DNA of 64,000 bases from an uncultured Verrucomicrobiae bacterium (GCA_963813135.1 CAWEXY010000011.1:160001-224000), one strand, 5' to 3'; positions 20,833 to 32,035 are shown, counted from the first letter of the stretch. Program-made: numbers and translations. The notes: generated by a model from the sequence alone, not told the origin.

Positions 20833-21462
20833 ATGTACAAATATTTTCTCCTTTTTGCTTGCGCCATCTGCTCTCTTCATGCCGAGGAAACCGCTTCAGA
20901 AAAATCACTCCGCTTCCTGATGGAAGGCAATGGTCGATTTTCTACAGATAAATCTCTTCACCCCGATCGAACCTCCGAGCGCCGTTTAGAGACGACTCAA
21001 AAACAAGAGCCTTTTGCGGTTATTGTCGGGTGCTCCGATTCTCGTGTCGCTCCTGAAATTTTATTTGACCAAGGCATCGGCGATCTTTTCATCGTCCGCG
21101 TTGCAGGAAATGTGGTCGGCCCTCTCGAGCTAGATAGCATCGAATACTCCGCCAAATATCTTCACTCTTCCCTCATTCTTGTACTGGGCCACGAAAATTG
21201 CGGCGCCGTTCAAGCCGCCGTCAATGGAGTCACCGATGACATTGAAAATGTCATGGAGCTCATCGAGCCTGCGGTTAAAAAATCGGCGAAAATGAAAGGC
21301 AACCGTCTCGAAAACGCCATCAAGACCAACGTCCAGCTCGTCGTGGCTCAGCTGAATAATGCACCCGTGTTGCGCGAGCTCATCGACAAGAAAAAGCTCA
21401 TGGTCGCCGGAGGCTATTATAACTTCCATACGGGCAAAGTTATACTTCTTCCAGAGAAATAA
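20833..21462 (+). CDS. Beta-class carbonic anhydrase (exported)
   Basis: LMEGNGRF, GCSDSRV, RVAGN, GHENCGAV. Signal peptide. Confidence 0.92.
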   Translation: MYKYFLLFACAICSLHAEETASEKSLRFLMEGNGRFSTDKSLHPDRTSERRLETTQKQEPFAVIVGCSDSRVAPEILFDQGIGDLFIVRVAGNVVGPLELDSIEYSAKYLHSSLILVLGHENCGAVQAAVNGVTDDIENVMELIEPAVKKSAKMKGNRLENAIKTNVQLVVAQLNNAPVLRELIDKKKLMVAGGYYNFHTGKVILLPEK

Positions 21463-21465
21463 CGT

Positions 21466-22233
21466 TTAAAACTTCACGTTCGCGGCAGCGGTGACGGCTT
21501 GTTCGCTGAACATGCGCGCCTCTAAAGTCAGATCAAATTTCTTGCCCGAAGAGAGCGAACATCCCACGGCCATGCCAAATCGATCGACATTGCGCATATG
21601 GAAATGCGTAGCTGGATAAACCGTGTGCCTAAAACCGGTCAGATTCGCCTCAGCAACGGAGTAAGTCGCGCCAATATAGGGCGTGAACATATCGACAGTA
21701 TATGAAAGGCCTGTGCCGACTTGCCACTCCCAATAGCGCATATGAGCTCCTGTATCATGGGAAGTCCCGTTGACAGCGGCCCATTTGAAATGCGGCGCGC
21801 TGTACTGATATTTAGCATCCACTCCAAGGATCGTATTTCCCCATTGGAAAAGAATGAGGCGCGCGCCGCCGCCGGCCGTCCATCTATCATGCGACTCGAC
21901 TTCGCGGCGCTCTTTGTCGACACGGGGGCGGTGCCAATAGGTGGAGGTGAGAGATCCTGCGGAAACATAAATTTCGCCGCGGTCCAGAATGTTAAATGTT
22001 GCTACTCCCTGGTCCATGCGCAGCTCGAAACGGTCGATACGTCCTGATATACCATCGTGGGCGCGCATCTTGCGGTTGAAGACCCAATCTCCTTGGTAGC
22101 CAACTTTGATAGTAAGAAAACTATCTTCGCTCATGAAAAACCCTTCATCCACGACTTGAGGTTCTGCAGGGTTCCCTAAATACAGCGCCGAGAGCTGGGC
22201 CGAAGCAAGCAAGAGAGCAAGAAAATAGAGCAT
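21466..22233 (-). CDS. MOMP/OmpA-like chlamydial outer-membrane porin
   Basis: Signal peptide followed by GNPAEP, GYQGDWVFNR, YWEWQVG...FTPYIG. C-terminal F. Confidence 0.8.
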   Translation of the reverse strand: MLYFLALLLASAQLSALYLGNPAEPQVVDEGFFMSEDSFLTIKVGYQGDWVFNRKMRAHDGISGRIDRFELRMDQGVATFNILDRGEIYVSAGSLTSTYWHRPRVDKERREVESHDRWTAGGGARLILFQWGNTILGVDAKYQYSAPHFKWAAVNGTSHDTGAHMRYWEWQVGTGLSYTVDMFTPYIGATYSVAEANLTGFRHTVYPATHFHMRNVDRFGMAVGCSLSSGKKFDLTLEARMFSEQAVTAAANVKF

Positions 22234-22263
22234 AGTTCCTCCAAAGGAGAAACTTTACCACAC

Positions 22264-23055
22264 TTAACGATAAAAATAATCCATCTCTTCGTTTTTTTTC
22301 GGGCCGATCACGCGCCATTTGAGGCGGAGGCTGTGGCGATCGCAGAAGATCTGGCCGAAATAGATATCGCCGCCGCATAGATGCGAGTCGATCGAGGAGA
22401 GCGAATGCGAGCCTGCGGGAGCTAAGTGAAATAAAAAGACCGGCCGCTGAGCACCATGGCGCAAATGCTCCAGGGATATGACTCCAGCGGAGACATCGAG
22501 CGTCCAACGAAAAGCATTGCTAAAGTCAATATCGCGACCCTGCGGCGTCTGCCACTTGCCTTTTTCAGTAAAGATAAGAACCTTGTCGTTTTCTTTGGCG
22601 GCGACGACCTCGCCAACGCCTTTTCCATTCCAGCCTCCCTCTTTGTTATTGGTGCGGGCGTGGAACATGAGATGCTCTGTCGCCGCCAAACGCTCCCAAA
22701 AAAAGAGAAGGACCTTTGTGCGTTTCTCTTGGGTCATCCCAGAGGAGCGATCGCCCTCTTCAACATAGCAATATTGCTTCTTTTCAACGGCAGGCATCAA
22801 GGTATAGGCTTTTTTGAGCAGCTGCTGCAGTTCTTCGAGGAGAGGATAGGCGGGATTGAACTGGTAGATCCTGGTTTTACCTTCGTAATAGCTGTGAATG
22901 ATGCCTCCTTTTTCTAAGCGGGTGAAGGCTTTTTGGATGGGGGTGAGGGGGCTGCTCAGCAGGCGCTGCAGCTGAGTTCCATAGCACTTGTTGTTGACAA
23001 AGAGAAAAAGAAGGATTTTTTGGACATTTTTATTTCCGCAAAGCACCTCGATCAT
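22264..23055 (-). CDS. Winged-HTH domain fused to a DUF6314-like beta-barrel domain
   Basis: N-terminal wHTH pattern (PIQKAFTRLEKGGII...GKTRIYQFN). C-terminal half has FTEKG.W, HLCGGDIYFG and W.V.GPKK. Confidence 0.7.
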   Translation of the reverse strand: MIEVLCGNKNVQKILLFLFVNNKCYGTQLQRLLSSPLTPIQKAFTRLEKGGIIHSYYEGKTRIYQFNPAYPLLEELQQLLKKAYTLMPAVEKKQYCYVEEGDRSSGMTQEKRTKVLLFFWERLAATEHLMFHARTNNKEGGWNGKGVGEVVAAKENDKVLIFTEKGKWQTPQGRDIDFSNAFRWTLDVSAGVISLEHLRHGAQRPVFLFHLAPAGSHSLSSIDSHLCGGDIYFGQIFCDRHSLRLKWRVIGPKKNEEMDYFYR

Positions 23056-23233
23056 GAATATTTCCTCCTAAAATCAGCATTTTTCAAACTATTTAGGGGT
23101 TTTTTGCCCGCTATTCACCTGAACCGCCAAATCTAACCTATTTTAGGAATATCATAAACTCCTTTTTAGTTTATACATCTGTTTTGAGGGGATTGTCATT
23201 TTCATAAACGGAGAAGTAGACTCTTGATTTTAC

Positions 23234-23800
23234 ATGGAGGCATTTATGCAAACGATCGTTTTAAAACAAAACCATATCCTTAGAGAGGTAAGCGTCGCTC
23301 TGGCGGGCAGCCTCTTTTTGGCCATGATGGCCCAAATCTCCGTTCCGCTTCCCTTTACTCCTGTACCTCTAACGATGCAAACATTGGCGGTTTTTCTTTT
23401 GGGAGGCATCCTGGGACCCAAACGGGCCTTATTTGCATTAGTCGCCTATTTGGCGGAGGGCTCCTGTGGTCTACCCATCTTCACAGGCGCTGCCATCAAA
23501 CCTCTATGGTTTTTAGGCCTGCATGCTGGCTATCTATTCGCCTTTCCTATAGCTACCTATGTTGTCGGGAAACTCACCGAGCGCCGCGAAAGCATTTTCC
23601 ATTTTCTTTTGGCGCTTTTCATTGGAGAGATCATCATTTTAGGCCTCGGATCGAGCTGGCTAGCGCTTTTCTTTGGCTGGAAGAAGGCTTTCTTACTCGG
23701 GGCTGTCCCATTTTTTATCGGAGCGATGTTAAAAATTTGCGCAGGGGCGTTAATCCTGAAAAGCTATGTCATTACTCGCCAAGCTTTCTTTTCTCGTTAG
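23234..23800 (+). CDS. bioY: Biotin transporter BioY
   Basis: AQISVPLPFTPVPLTMQT, GLPIF, GYLFAF, PFFIG..K. Confidence 0.92.
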   Translation: MEAFMQTIVLKQNHILREVSVALAGSLFLAMMAQISVPLPFTPVPLTMQTLAVFLLGGILGPKRALFALVAYLAEGSCGLPIFTGAAIKPLWFLGLHAGYLFAFPIATYVVGKLTERRESIFHFLLALFIGEIIILGLGSSWLALFFGWKKAFLLGAVPFFIGAMLKICAGALILKSYVITRQAFFSR

Positions 23801-23810
23801 GAGAACTCAG

Positions 23811-24511
23811 ATGATTCTTGTCTATCATGATAGAGGCTCGTGCGACCTGAGTTCCGACGCCCTGACAAGCGAACTCAGAAAATGCTTTTCGAGGGTCCAG
23901 AAAGTGGATAGCCATTTTCTTAAAACGGCGCCCTGGGAACTGACTGCCTCGGCCCTCGTCATGGGAGGCGGAACTTGTTCGGTATGGGAAGAGCAATTGC
24001 AACAATCGGGAATGGAAAAAATCCACAATTTTGTCATGCGAGGAGGAAAATTCGTCGGATTTTGCGCGGGCGCTTACTTTAGCGCTCCCTACAGTTGTTT
24101 TTCCTATGCGAGCGGTCTCCTCATCGAAAAAAGTCGGCCGCTTAAATTTTTTGAAGGAAAGGCAGTGGGCCCGCTCATACCCACGGACAATCCACTGGGA
24201 CCTGAGTCCGCACAAGCCATCGCTATCAAAATGGGTATCGCAAAGGGATTTTGTTACTACCAGGGAGGCTGTTATTTCGATGTGGACAATCGGGCGGAGG
24301 TCTTAGCCTATTATGACAGCCCTTATGAAAAGCCTGCCATGATCAAGGCAAAATCGGCCCTTCTCTGCGGCTTCCATCCCGAGTTTTCTTGGGGAATCTG
24401 CAGAAATATTCAGATCCAGCTTTTGGCGCCCTAGTGGATATTCTTTCAACGCAGGAGGCTTTCCGCCGCATCGTTTGGCAAAAAGTTCTCGATCACCTTT
24501 CTCAAGAATAA
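23811..24511 (+). CDS. BPL_N (biotin-protein ligase N-terminal, glutamine amidotransferase-like) protein with a frameshift near the 3' end
   Basis: AGGAG-ATG 23811. ILVYHD.G, LVMGGG, GFCAGAYF, YYQGGC, GFHPE. One more G in the G4 run at 24391 extends the frame to TAA 24511. Confidence 0.75.
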
Positions 24512-26722
24512 TCGCTAGGATCGAAATAGAGGATCCAAGGATGGCCTTTAGCACGAAACATTGCGTTTCCAAGAGGTGATCGGCGCGCCCATGGTTCAGG
24601 TGCGGTCGACGCGCCACAGCTCGAGCTTTTTCGTTCGGGGGCTGACGACGAATGCGAAATAATTATGCAGCCAGTTGGTGTCGGCAAAGAAAAGGACGCG
24701 GGGGGCAAGGCCGATCTCGCGCGCTCTATCTGCAATAAGCGCATGAACGTCCATCGGCTGATATTGCAGATGCATCTTGGCTATATTTTTAGTTCTTGGC
24801 TGTGCAATGGGAAGGCAGATTTTCAGGCAGGGAAACAGGAACTTTCCAAGGGGCCAGAAGCTCTTGTAAAACCCTTTGACATTGGTCGCGAGCAACTAAT
24901 GGTGAGCGACTCAAAAAGTTCCGCATCGGACAGTTTAGGATCGAAAAGAGCCGGCTGCTTTTTCATAGAATTCTTGCATCGGGAGGAGGAAATTATCGCG
25001 CACCCATGTATCGGTCGAAGCCGCGTGCCATCCCTCAGCGGAAGGAAGGCATGCCCGGCTTTAACAGAAACTCGTGCGTAGGGGATTGCATGAGCATGCT
25101 TTTCGCAGGATTTTGCAAAAATTGATCGGTGATTTTGGGGGGTAAGCTCTTGAGGGCCTCTAAAAGAAAAATGCAAAGATCGAGAGGATCTTCAACGCTG
25201 CGGCTTTCTTGATGGGGGGCTGATTCCTTGCCGAAATATGTTTTCAGCAAGAATTTCCATGGTGCCGCCTGAAAGATAGGCCCACGGTGTGCGCCCGATC
25301 TTTTTGGTGCGGGCAGGCGCTGATTTCAAAAACTCCTCGGAACGAATCTGCTGCAGCGCGGCAGTTGTTGCGAGAGTGGCGAGCTCTTTTCCCTTCCGTT
25401 GCGCACCCATGCGCAATGGAAGCTTCGCTCAAGTTAAAAAAATCGACGAGGCTGCGGATATACTCATCGGATGAGCGCACGATCGTCCATATGGAAGCAT
25501 CGGCGCGCCCATGCTTATAGACAAGCCGAAAACCTGCAGGGCTGTCTTCATAGGCCTCTTCGCGCACTTCCGCCATTTCAGGATCATAGATCTCCTGAAA
25601 ATACTCGGGGAATTTTCTATCGTATTCCTGAATAAGATAATTAAAAAAGTTAGCGTAGCGCTTTCCTCTCTCTTCATAATCTTCGGCCAGATCGCGGCAG
25701 GCTAGGCTGTGGTAATACCGCGCTTGATATTCGGCTTTAAGGCGGCGCGCTTCGGCCTCTGTTTCCGCGCGGCGCAGCAAAGCCTCGACCGAACGCACTT
25801 GATCAATCGCTGCATTATACTCTCCGGCATACTCCTGAAGTTTTTCGTTGGCCGATTGAAGTTTTTCGTCGATGAGGCGGAACAGCACTTCGCCCAGTCC
25901 TCCTTTTTCGCCCGGATGCAGCCCCAAGCTCGTGTAGAGGTTCCACCGAGAAAATTCCATCTTGATCTCGGAATATGATGCGAGCGTAAACTCCCACGCT
26001 TTGAGAAGGGCGTGATCGACATATCCCTTAAACTGCGCTTTCGCCTGTTCGGGGATGATTTTTTCTAGCGGCGTGTCCGGATGGATTTTTGCAGGAAGGG
26101 CCACGTGTTGAAGGCTGGGGCTTTCCCGCAGAGGATGATGATCGGCTTTTTTATAAAGGTCCCCGCGTCCCCAGCTCAGGGACAAAGGAACGGTATATTC
26201 TTTTCCTCCAAAGGTCCGGCGAAGACGCCCTGTGGTGAGTAAGTCGTAAAGATCGAGCAAGAAGCGATCGGGCTCCTCTTCCTGGATAAGGATCGCAGGC
26301 GCCGTGGCAAAGCAAGAGCCGACATTTTGCCGCAAGGGCGTGAGGGCGGCAGAAACGACGGCGCGGCGGACATGAACGTCCGTCAATGTGGTGTTCGAAG
26401 AGAGCTGGAGAGAATCTTGGATCAGTTTTTCAGCGCCCTTGTGGCATAGAGGCAATTGAAAACGAAGAAAGCTGCGAAAAAACCGGTCATCGGTCTTCCA
26501 ACGCTGCAAAAACTTTTCTTGGTGCTTCCTCAAAAGCTCGTCGGAGAGCCCATTCAAATAAAATGGAGCGGGTAAAATAATTTCAGGACGCTGCAATTTT
26601 CCTTCTTCGTCTACGAGAAGAGAGGCCAGCGCGCGGGCGCGGCTGACAGCCCGATAGCTATAAGAATCTTGAATTCCTACCACATCGAATGCATGCGAAA
26701 GAGTTTTTTCGTCTAAAAACAT
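24502..26722 (-). pseudogene. Large conserved chlamydial hypothetical protein broken by several frameshifts
   Basis: Continuous protein-like sequence spread over ORFs 25244-26755, 25192-25416, 25035-25250, 24823-25176, 24596-24895 and 24502-24744. Motifs RQNVGSCFATAPAILI and FADTNW. Confidence 0.7.
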
Positions 26723-26772
26723 TTCGGTTTTTGCTACAATTGCCTGAAACACCACAAATTACCACGGAAGTT

Positions 26773-28707
26773 ATGAAGATACAAGTCGATGCAGAATGGA
26801 TGGAGCTCCCCGAAGGGAGTTTAGCTAAAGATGTTGCCGAAAAAAAACGCCTCACAGGCCCAGACCAAGCCCTTGCTGTCTCCATCAATGGAAAACTTTT
26901 CGACCTGACAGCGCCTTTAAAAGAGGGAGACCAACTCCACTTTCTCAACTTTTCCGAGAAAGAAGGAAAAGAAGTTTTTTGGCATACCTCCGCTCACGTC
27001 CTGGCTCAAGCGATCCTGCGCCTATTTCCCGATGCCAAACCGACCATCGGCCCGCCGATCGAGCAAGGGTTTTATTATGATTTTGCCAACCTCTCCCTCT
27101 CCGACGCCGATTTTGCCAAGATCGAAGAAGAGATGCAAAAAATCCTCGACGAAAACTATAAACCAAAGCGCCATCTCTTCGAGGATAAGAAAGAAGCGCT
27201 CGCTCGTTTCAAAAAAAATCCCTACAAAATCGAGCTCATCGAAGGATTTGAAGAAGGGCCGATCACGGGCTATGAACAAGGAGAGTTTTTCGATCTCTGC
27301 CGAGGTCCGCACCTTCCCAGCCTAGGAAAAATCAAAGCAATTAAAATTTTAAAAGTCTCCGGCGCGTATTGGAAGGGCGATTCCAAAAAAGAAATGCTCA
27401 CCCGCATTTACGCCATTTCCTATCCCGACCGCAAACTGCTCAAAGAATTTCTCCACCTTTTAGAAGAGGCCAAAAAGCGCGACCACAAACTCATTGGACA
27501 ACACCTCGATCTCTTCTCCATTCAAGAAGAAGCGCCAGGCTGCCCCTTCATTCATCCGAAAGGAATGATCATCTGGAACCGTCTTGTCGAATTTCTGCGG
27601 GGCCTCAATCGCAAAGCCGGCTACGTCGAAATTAAAACACCTCTTCTGTGCGGCCAGCAGCTGTGGGAGCGGTCCGGCCATTGGAACTATTACCGCGAAA
27701 ACATGTATGCATTTGAGATCGAAGACCGCGCCTATGCGCTCAAGCCGATGAACTGCCCGGGATGCATGCTGTTTTATAAAACCCGCACGCATAGCTACCG
27801 CGAGCTTCCTTTCCGCGTCAGCGAACTGGGCCACGTGCACCGCCACGAACTTTCCGGTGCGCTCAACGGCCTTTTCCGTGTGCGCAGCTTCCACCAGGAC
27901 GACGCCCACCTCTTCATGAAACCCTCCGACATCAAGCAAGAAATTTTAGGAATTTTAGGACTCGTCGAAGAAATTTACAGCACCTTTGGCCTTGCGTACC
28001 GCTTTGAACTCTCAACGCGGCCTGAGCAAAGCATCGGCACAGACGAAGACTGGGACCATGCCACCAAAGGACTGCAAGGCGCGCTTGAAGAATGGGGCCA
28101 GCCCTACCAGATCAACGCAGGCGACGGGGCCTTCTATGGGCCCAAAATCGACATCCACATCCGCGATGCCCTGGGGCGTTCGTGGCAATGCGGTACGGTC
28201 CAACTCGACATGGCCCTTCCCGAAAAATTCGCTCTCGAATATATGGATAAGGACGGAATGCATCGCCGGCCAGTCATGGTGCACCGAGCGATCTTCGGAT
28301 CGGTTGAGCGGTTCTTTGGGATATTGATCGAACACTTTGCGGGCAAGTTTCCGCTGTGGATCAGTCCGCTGCCGATTCGTGTGATCACTGTGGCCGACCG
28401 GCACCGTGAATTTGCTTTCCATGCGCTGAGTGAGATCCAAGCGAAGGGCTTTATTGCCGATGTCGATGATACATCCGAGTCGGTCGGTAAAAAAATACGC
28501 AATGCCCAACTCTTGCAGATCAACTACATGCTGACCGTGGGAGACAAAGAAGTGGAAAACAAAACCGTGAGCATCCGCACCCGCGACAACGTTGTCCACG
28601 GTGAGATGCCACTCGATGCGTTCCTCGAAGCGATAGAAACCGAAATGAGAAACAAGTCGCTTAACTCAAGCTTAGGAAGTGCTCATGTGGGTCATAACGA
28701 TCAGTAG
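26773..28707 (+). CDS. thrS: Threonine--tRNA ligase
   Basis: TGS domain, HTSAH, DLCRGPH, KRDHK, KPMNCP, FYGPKID, QCGTVQLD, VHRAIFGS.ERF. Confidence 0.97.
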   Translation: MKIQVDAEWMELPEGSLAKDVAEKKRLTGPDQALAVSINGKLFDLTAPLKEGDQLHFLNFSEKEGKEVFWHTSAHVLAQAILRLFPDAKPTIGPPIEQGFYYDFANLSLSDADFAKIEEEMQKILDENYKPKRHLFEDKKEALARFKKNPYKIELIEGFEEGPITGYEQGEFFDLCRGPHLPSLGKIKAIKILKVSGAYWKGDSKKEMLTRIYAISYPDRKLLKEFLHLLEEAKKRDHKLIGQHLDLFSIQEEAPGCPFIHPKGMIIWNRLVEFLRGLNRKAGYVEIKTPLLCGQQLWERSGHWNYYRENMYAFEIEDRAYALKPMNCPGCMLFYKTRTHSYRELPFRVSELGHVHRHELSGALNGLFRVRSFHQDDAHLFMKPSDIKQEILGILGLVEEIYSTFGLAYRFELSTRPEQSIGTDEDWDHATKGLQGALEEWGQPYQINAGDGAFYGPKIDIHIRDALGRSWQCGTVQLDMALPEKFALEYMDKDGMHRRPVMVHRAIFGSVERFFGILIEHFAGKFPLWISPLPIRVITVADRHREFAFHALSEIQAKGFIADVDDTSESVGKKIRNAQLLQINYMLTVGDKEVENKTVSIRTRDNVVHGEMPLDAFLEAIETEMRNKSLNSSLGSAHVGHNDQ

Positions 28708-29455
28708 TTTTAAAGGCGGAACCGCCAAGACATCGACGTCGCTCCATATCGGAGCTGCGCTCGCTCGGAAGCATAAGCAAAAAGTCCTCCTCATCGACTT
28801 CGATGCCCAGGCCAATCTCACATCCGGCCTCGGCTACGATCCCGATGCGCACGATAGCTTAGCTCCCGTTCTTCAGCGCAAAAAAACCATCCAAGAAGTC
28901 ATCTTAAAAACGTCGATCCCCAACCTCTTCCTCATTCCCGCAGACACCTGGCTAGAGCGCATCGAAGTCACCGAGGCCTTGGCCGGCGATCGCTACTCGC
29001 ATGAGCGCCTCAAAGAGCTTCTCAAATCGCTCAAAGGGTTTGACACGGTCATCATCGATACCCCGCCATCGCTGTGCTGGCTCACCGAGTCGGCCCTCAT
29101 CGCTTCCCAATTTGCCCTCGTCACCGCCACACCTGAGTTTTACAGCGTGAAAGGACTGCAGCGCCTCTCCCAATTTCTCACGAGCATCGGCGAGCGCCAT
29201 ACCCTTGACGTCCTCGGCATCGTCCTGTCCTTTTGGAATCCCCGCGGCAAAAGCAACGACGCGTTCCTCGACGTCATCGAACAGACCTTCCCGGGCAAAA
29301 TGCTCAAAGCCAAAGTCCGCCGCGACATTTCCGTCTCCGAAGCTTCTGTCCATGGGAAATCGGTCTTTGAAATCGCCCCCAGTTCGCGCGCGGCTGAAGA
29401 CTATACCTCTCTTGCCAAAGAACTCTTAAAGAGACTACAGAAATGTCCAAAATGA
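28685..29455 (+). CDS. parA: ParA family ATPase (chlamydial pGP5-D-like)
   Basis: FKGGTAKT, IDFDAQANLT, IDTPPS. Follows thrS. Confidence 0.9.
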   Translation: MWVITISSFKGGTAKTSTSLHIGAALARKHKQKVLLIDFDAQANLTSGLGYDPDAHDSLAPVLQRKKTIQEVILKTSIPNLFLIPADTWLERIEVTEALAGDRYSHERLKELLKSLKGFDTVIIDTPPSLCWLTESALIASQFALVTATPEFYSVKGLQRLSQFLTSIGERHTLDVLGIVLSFWNPRGKSNDAFLDVIEQTFPGKMLKAKVRRDISVSEASVHGKSVFEIAPSSRAAEDYTSLAKELLKRLQKCPK

Positions 29456-30192
29456 ACTCCCTTCTTTCGTCCCGCCTAAAGGCAGCGACGCAAAAGCTCA
29501 CGAAGATGACGTCTCTCGCTGAACTGTCTGCCGAAGGACAACTTTCCTCTTTCTCCGGAGTCTTCCGCGTCACGCCTCTTTCGCTGATGGAACAATCGGC
29601 CCTCGAAGCCCTCCTGGAAAATTATAAAAGCGAAGCGCAAGAAATCGGCGCCGACCTCTCGCAACTCTCCAGCATCACTTCCGAAGTAAGGGCCATCAAC
29701 AACCAAGCCGCCATTCTCCATGGCGAGCGCATCAAAAAAGCGCAAGAGATCCTCAAAAAATACCGCGATGGCGCCTTTTCCGCCTGGCTCGTTACCACCT
29801 ATGGGAATCGACAAACTCCCTATAATTTTCTCCAATATTATGAGCTCTTTCTGCAACTGCCCAAAGCGCTCCATGAAAACCTCGACCGTATGCCGCGCCA
29901 AGCCGTCTACACTCTGGCCAGCCGCGATGCTCCCCTCGAGCGCAAGGAAGCGATCATCCAAAATTACCGCGGCGAGAAAAAGCGTGAGATATTAAAAATC
30001 ATCCGCAAGACATTTCCCCTCGCAGGCGATGATAAGCGCGCGGAAGACACCGCAGCGCAAGCGATTTCCTCTCTGCAAAAAACATTGGAAATCGTCAAAG
30101 AGAAGCGATTCAGCCCCAGCCCTGCTCAACAGCAGACACTGCTAGGCCTCATCCGCGACATCGAGCGCCGCATCGAAGCTAATAACACTTAG
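29443..30192 (+). CDS. pGP6-D (CT583-like) family protein
   Basis: ITSEVRAINNQAAILHGERIKKA, YGNRQTPYNFLQYYE, MPRQAVYTLASR. Chlamydia-specific ParA partner. Confidence 0.9.
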   Translation: MSKMNSLLSSRLKAATQKLTKMTSLAELSAEGQLSSFSGVFRVTPLSLMEQSALEALLENYKSEAQEIGADLSQLSSITSEVRAINNQAAILHGERIKKAQEILKKYRDGAFSAWLVTTYGNRQTPYNFLQYYELFLQLPKALHENLDRMPRQAVYTLASRDAPLERKEAIIQNYRGEKKREILKIIRKTFPLAGDDKRAEDTAAQAISSLQKTLEIVKEKRFSPSPAQQQTLLGLIRDIERRIEANNT

Positions 30193-30258
30193 AGAAAATT
30201 TGACAACCGCTCTCGACAACAAACTTCTAATCTTTGAGAACAATAGGTTTCTGCAAAT

Positions 30259-31350
30259 TTACAAATTGAGATTCTGATCCAACAAGAATGCATGTAAGAC
30301 TTTTATAGGGCCTTCTTCCGAAAGACAATAGACTTGACCCCAGATTGGTTTAATAAGCCAGCCATCTATATCTCTTGCGGCATCTTCTAAGGTTCTGTTC
30401 AATAAGCCTAGTCTATTTTTGATGTCTAAACTCTTGTCAGAAGTGAAGCATAGAACTTTTTCACCATTCAGTCCTAGAACAGCAAAATCTATTAATTCCC
30501 CATCGCATAAGTCATCTTTGCGACTTAATGGTTCGTATTGATCCAGCCAAGCCTTGACTTGAGCGAATTCTGGATTGCTAGGATCTCGAGCTAATATTTT
30601 TGCAAAGGTGTAATATCTGTTTTCTGCTAGTCTGAAAAACCCAATTTTATTTCCATTTATGAATTGGTCATGAAAAAAAGCAAAAAGAGAATCAAACCAC
30701 ATTTTAGCCTTTTCAAACATGACAAAAGCTTCTTGCTTGGAAATTTGATCAGGCTGAATGAACGGAAAGGTCGTCAACAGGTTCCATGTGAGTTGTCCCA
30801 ACAAATTAGCTAGAACGTCTTCTTGATGATCAGAAAGATGTTGGCGGTATCTTTTTAAAGTAAGTTGCACCAACTCCTTTGCTGCGTCGCTGGTAGCGTA
30901 TTTTTCAATTTTTTCATCAAGCAACTTCACTAGTGAATCCGCCTTCAACTCTTTCATCTGAGTTAGAAGAGAATAAAAGATTTCATGCATTCCATTCAAA
31001 AAAACGGCTATTTCCTCTTGAAGATTTTTCAAATCTACCGTGCTTAAATTTTTCGGATTGGGCATATTCTTGATATAAGTTTGGACCAATTTAACTACTG
31101 TTTTGTATCCTTGGCTACTATGCAGCAAATGTAACACCCCACCCAATCCAATACTTTCTAGAAAAAGGAAAGGGGTAAAAATTGGATCGCATCCCTTAAT
31201 TAAATCAATGTTGTGCGTCTCACATTCGTCAATGAATTCGTTCCAACAACACTCATTGTCGCGCTTCGTTAATCTCCCAGAAAAATTTGAATCGAAATAA
31301 GATTTCACAATTAAATAAACCAAGTTATTGCTATTATTTTCTTGCGTCAT
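30259..31350 (-). CDS. Hypothetical protein, possibly PIN-like
   Basis: 363 aa, AT-rich, AAGGA RBS. YFDSN, TPFLFLE, DLCDGEL, FTSD. Confidence 0.6.
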   Translation of the reverse strand: MTQENNSNNLVYLIVKSYFDSNFSGRLTKRDNECCWNEFIDECETHNIDLIKGCDPIFTPFLFLESIGLGGVLHLLHSSQGYKTVVKLVQTYIKNMPNPKNLSTVDLKNLQEEIAVFLNGMHEIFYSLLTQMKELKADSLVKLLDEKIEKYATSDAAKELVQLTLKRYRQHLSDHQEDVLANLLGQLTWNLLTTFPFIQPDQISKQEAFVMFEKAKMWFDSLFAFFHDQFINGNKIGFFRLAENRYYTFAKILARDPSNPEFAQVKAWLDQYEPLSRKDDLCDGELIDFAVLGLNGEKVLCFTSDKSLDIKNRLGLLNRTLEDAARDIDGWLIKPIWGQVYCLSEEGPIKVLHAFLLDQNLNL

Positions 31351-31395
31351 AAATATCCTTTATAAATTATCGGCTTTGAAAGGTTGAAAATTATT

Positions 31396-31698
31396 TTAGG
31401 CGATTCTTATTTCTAAGTTTCTTCCTAATGCGCTAACAGCCATAGCCAAAGATTTGAGCGTACAACTTTTTCTAGGATCTAACAAACGATTAACAGAGGC
31501 GCGACTCGTCTTCAATCTTTTGGCAAATTGACTTTTTGTCATTTTTTGCTTTTTTAATTCTTTTTCGAGCTGAAATGCGATGACTCTTTTAATAGCTTCG
31601 GCATTACATTCTTCAAATAAACCCTCTTCCTTCAAGAAGTCATCAAAACTAGAGCCTCTATGTTTATTTTTCACTTTTTTTCTCTTTTTTTTATCCAT
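31396..31698 (-). CDS. XRE/HigA-like HTH antitoxin
   Basis: HRGSSFDDFLKEEG, HTH TKSQFAKRLKTSRASVNRLLDP. Overlaps the toxin stop. Confidence 0.85.
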   Translation of the reverse strand: MDKKKRKKVKNKHRGSSFDDFLKEEGLFEECNAEAIKRVIAFQLEKELKKQKMTKSQFAKRLKTSRASVNRLLDPRKSCTLKSLAMAVSALGRNLEIRIA

Positions 31699-32035
31699 AT
31701 TTTTTAGCTCGTTTTCGTGCCAACTCTAGATCTTGTTCTGGCATTTTTTGACTCTTTTTTATGAAGCCATGAAGCAGAACCATTTCACCATCTGCCATTT
31801 TAAAAATTATTCTCGCAATCCCATGGGGAATATGCGATCTCGACTCCCATAATCCCTTTCCTAAACTGCGGACTAAGGGCATTCCTAATGGCCATCCTAT
31901 CTGAATCGTTCTAAGGTCGTTCCCAATTTCCTTTCTAGCTTCTTTAGTTAAAGTACGCAACCATTCTCTAACGGGTTCGTTGCCGCTACCTTCTTCTTTA
32001 TAGAAGACAATAGGAATGGGATGAAGATCTCTCAT
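31691..32035 (-). CDS. RelE/ParE-family (Gp49/HigB-like) toxin
   Basis: FY...GNEPVREWL, GWPLGMPLVR.LG.GLWE.R, VLLHGFIKKSQK.P. Toxin precedes antitoxin. Confidence 0.88.
   Translation of the reverse strand: MRDLHPIPIVFYKEEGSGNEPVREWLRTLTKEARKEIGNDLRTIQIGWPLGMPLVRSLGKGLWESRSHIPHGIARIIFKMADGEMVLLHGFIKKSQKMPEQDLELARKRAKKYG

Noticed and set aside
28685..30192. Integrated plasmid suggested by pGP5/pGP6-like genes
   Set aside because: thrS-parA-pGP6-D is a normal chromosomal arrangement in Chlamydiae, and no other plasmid genes are present.
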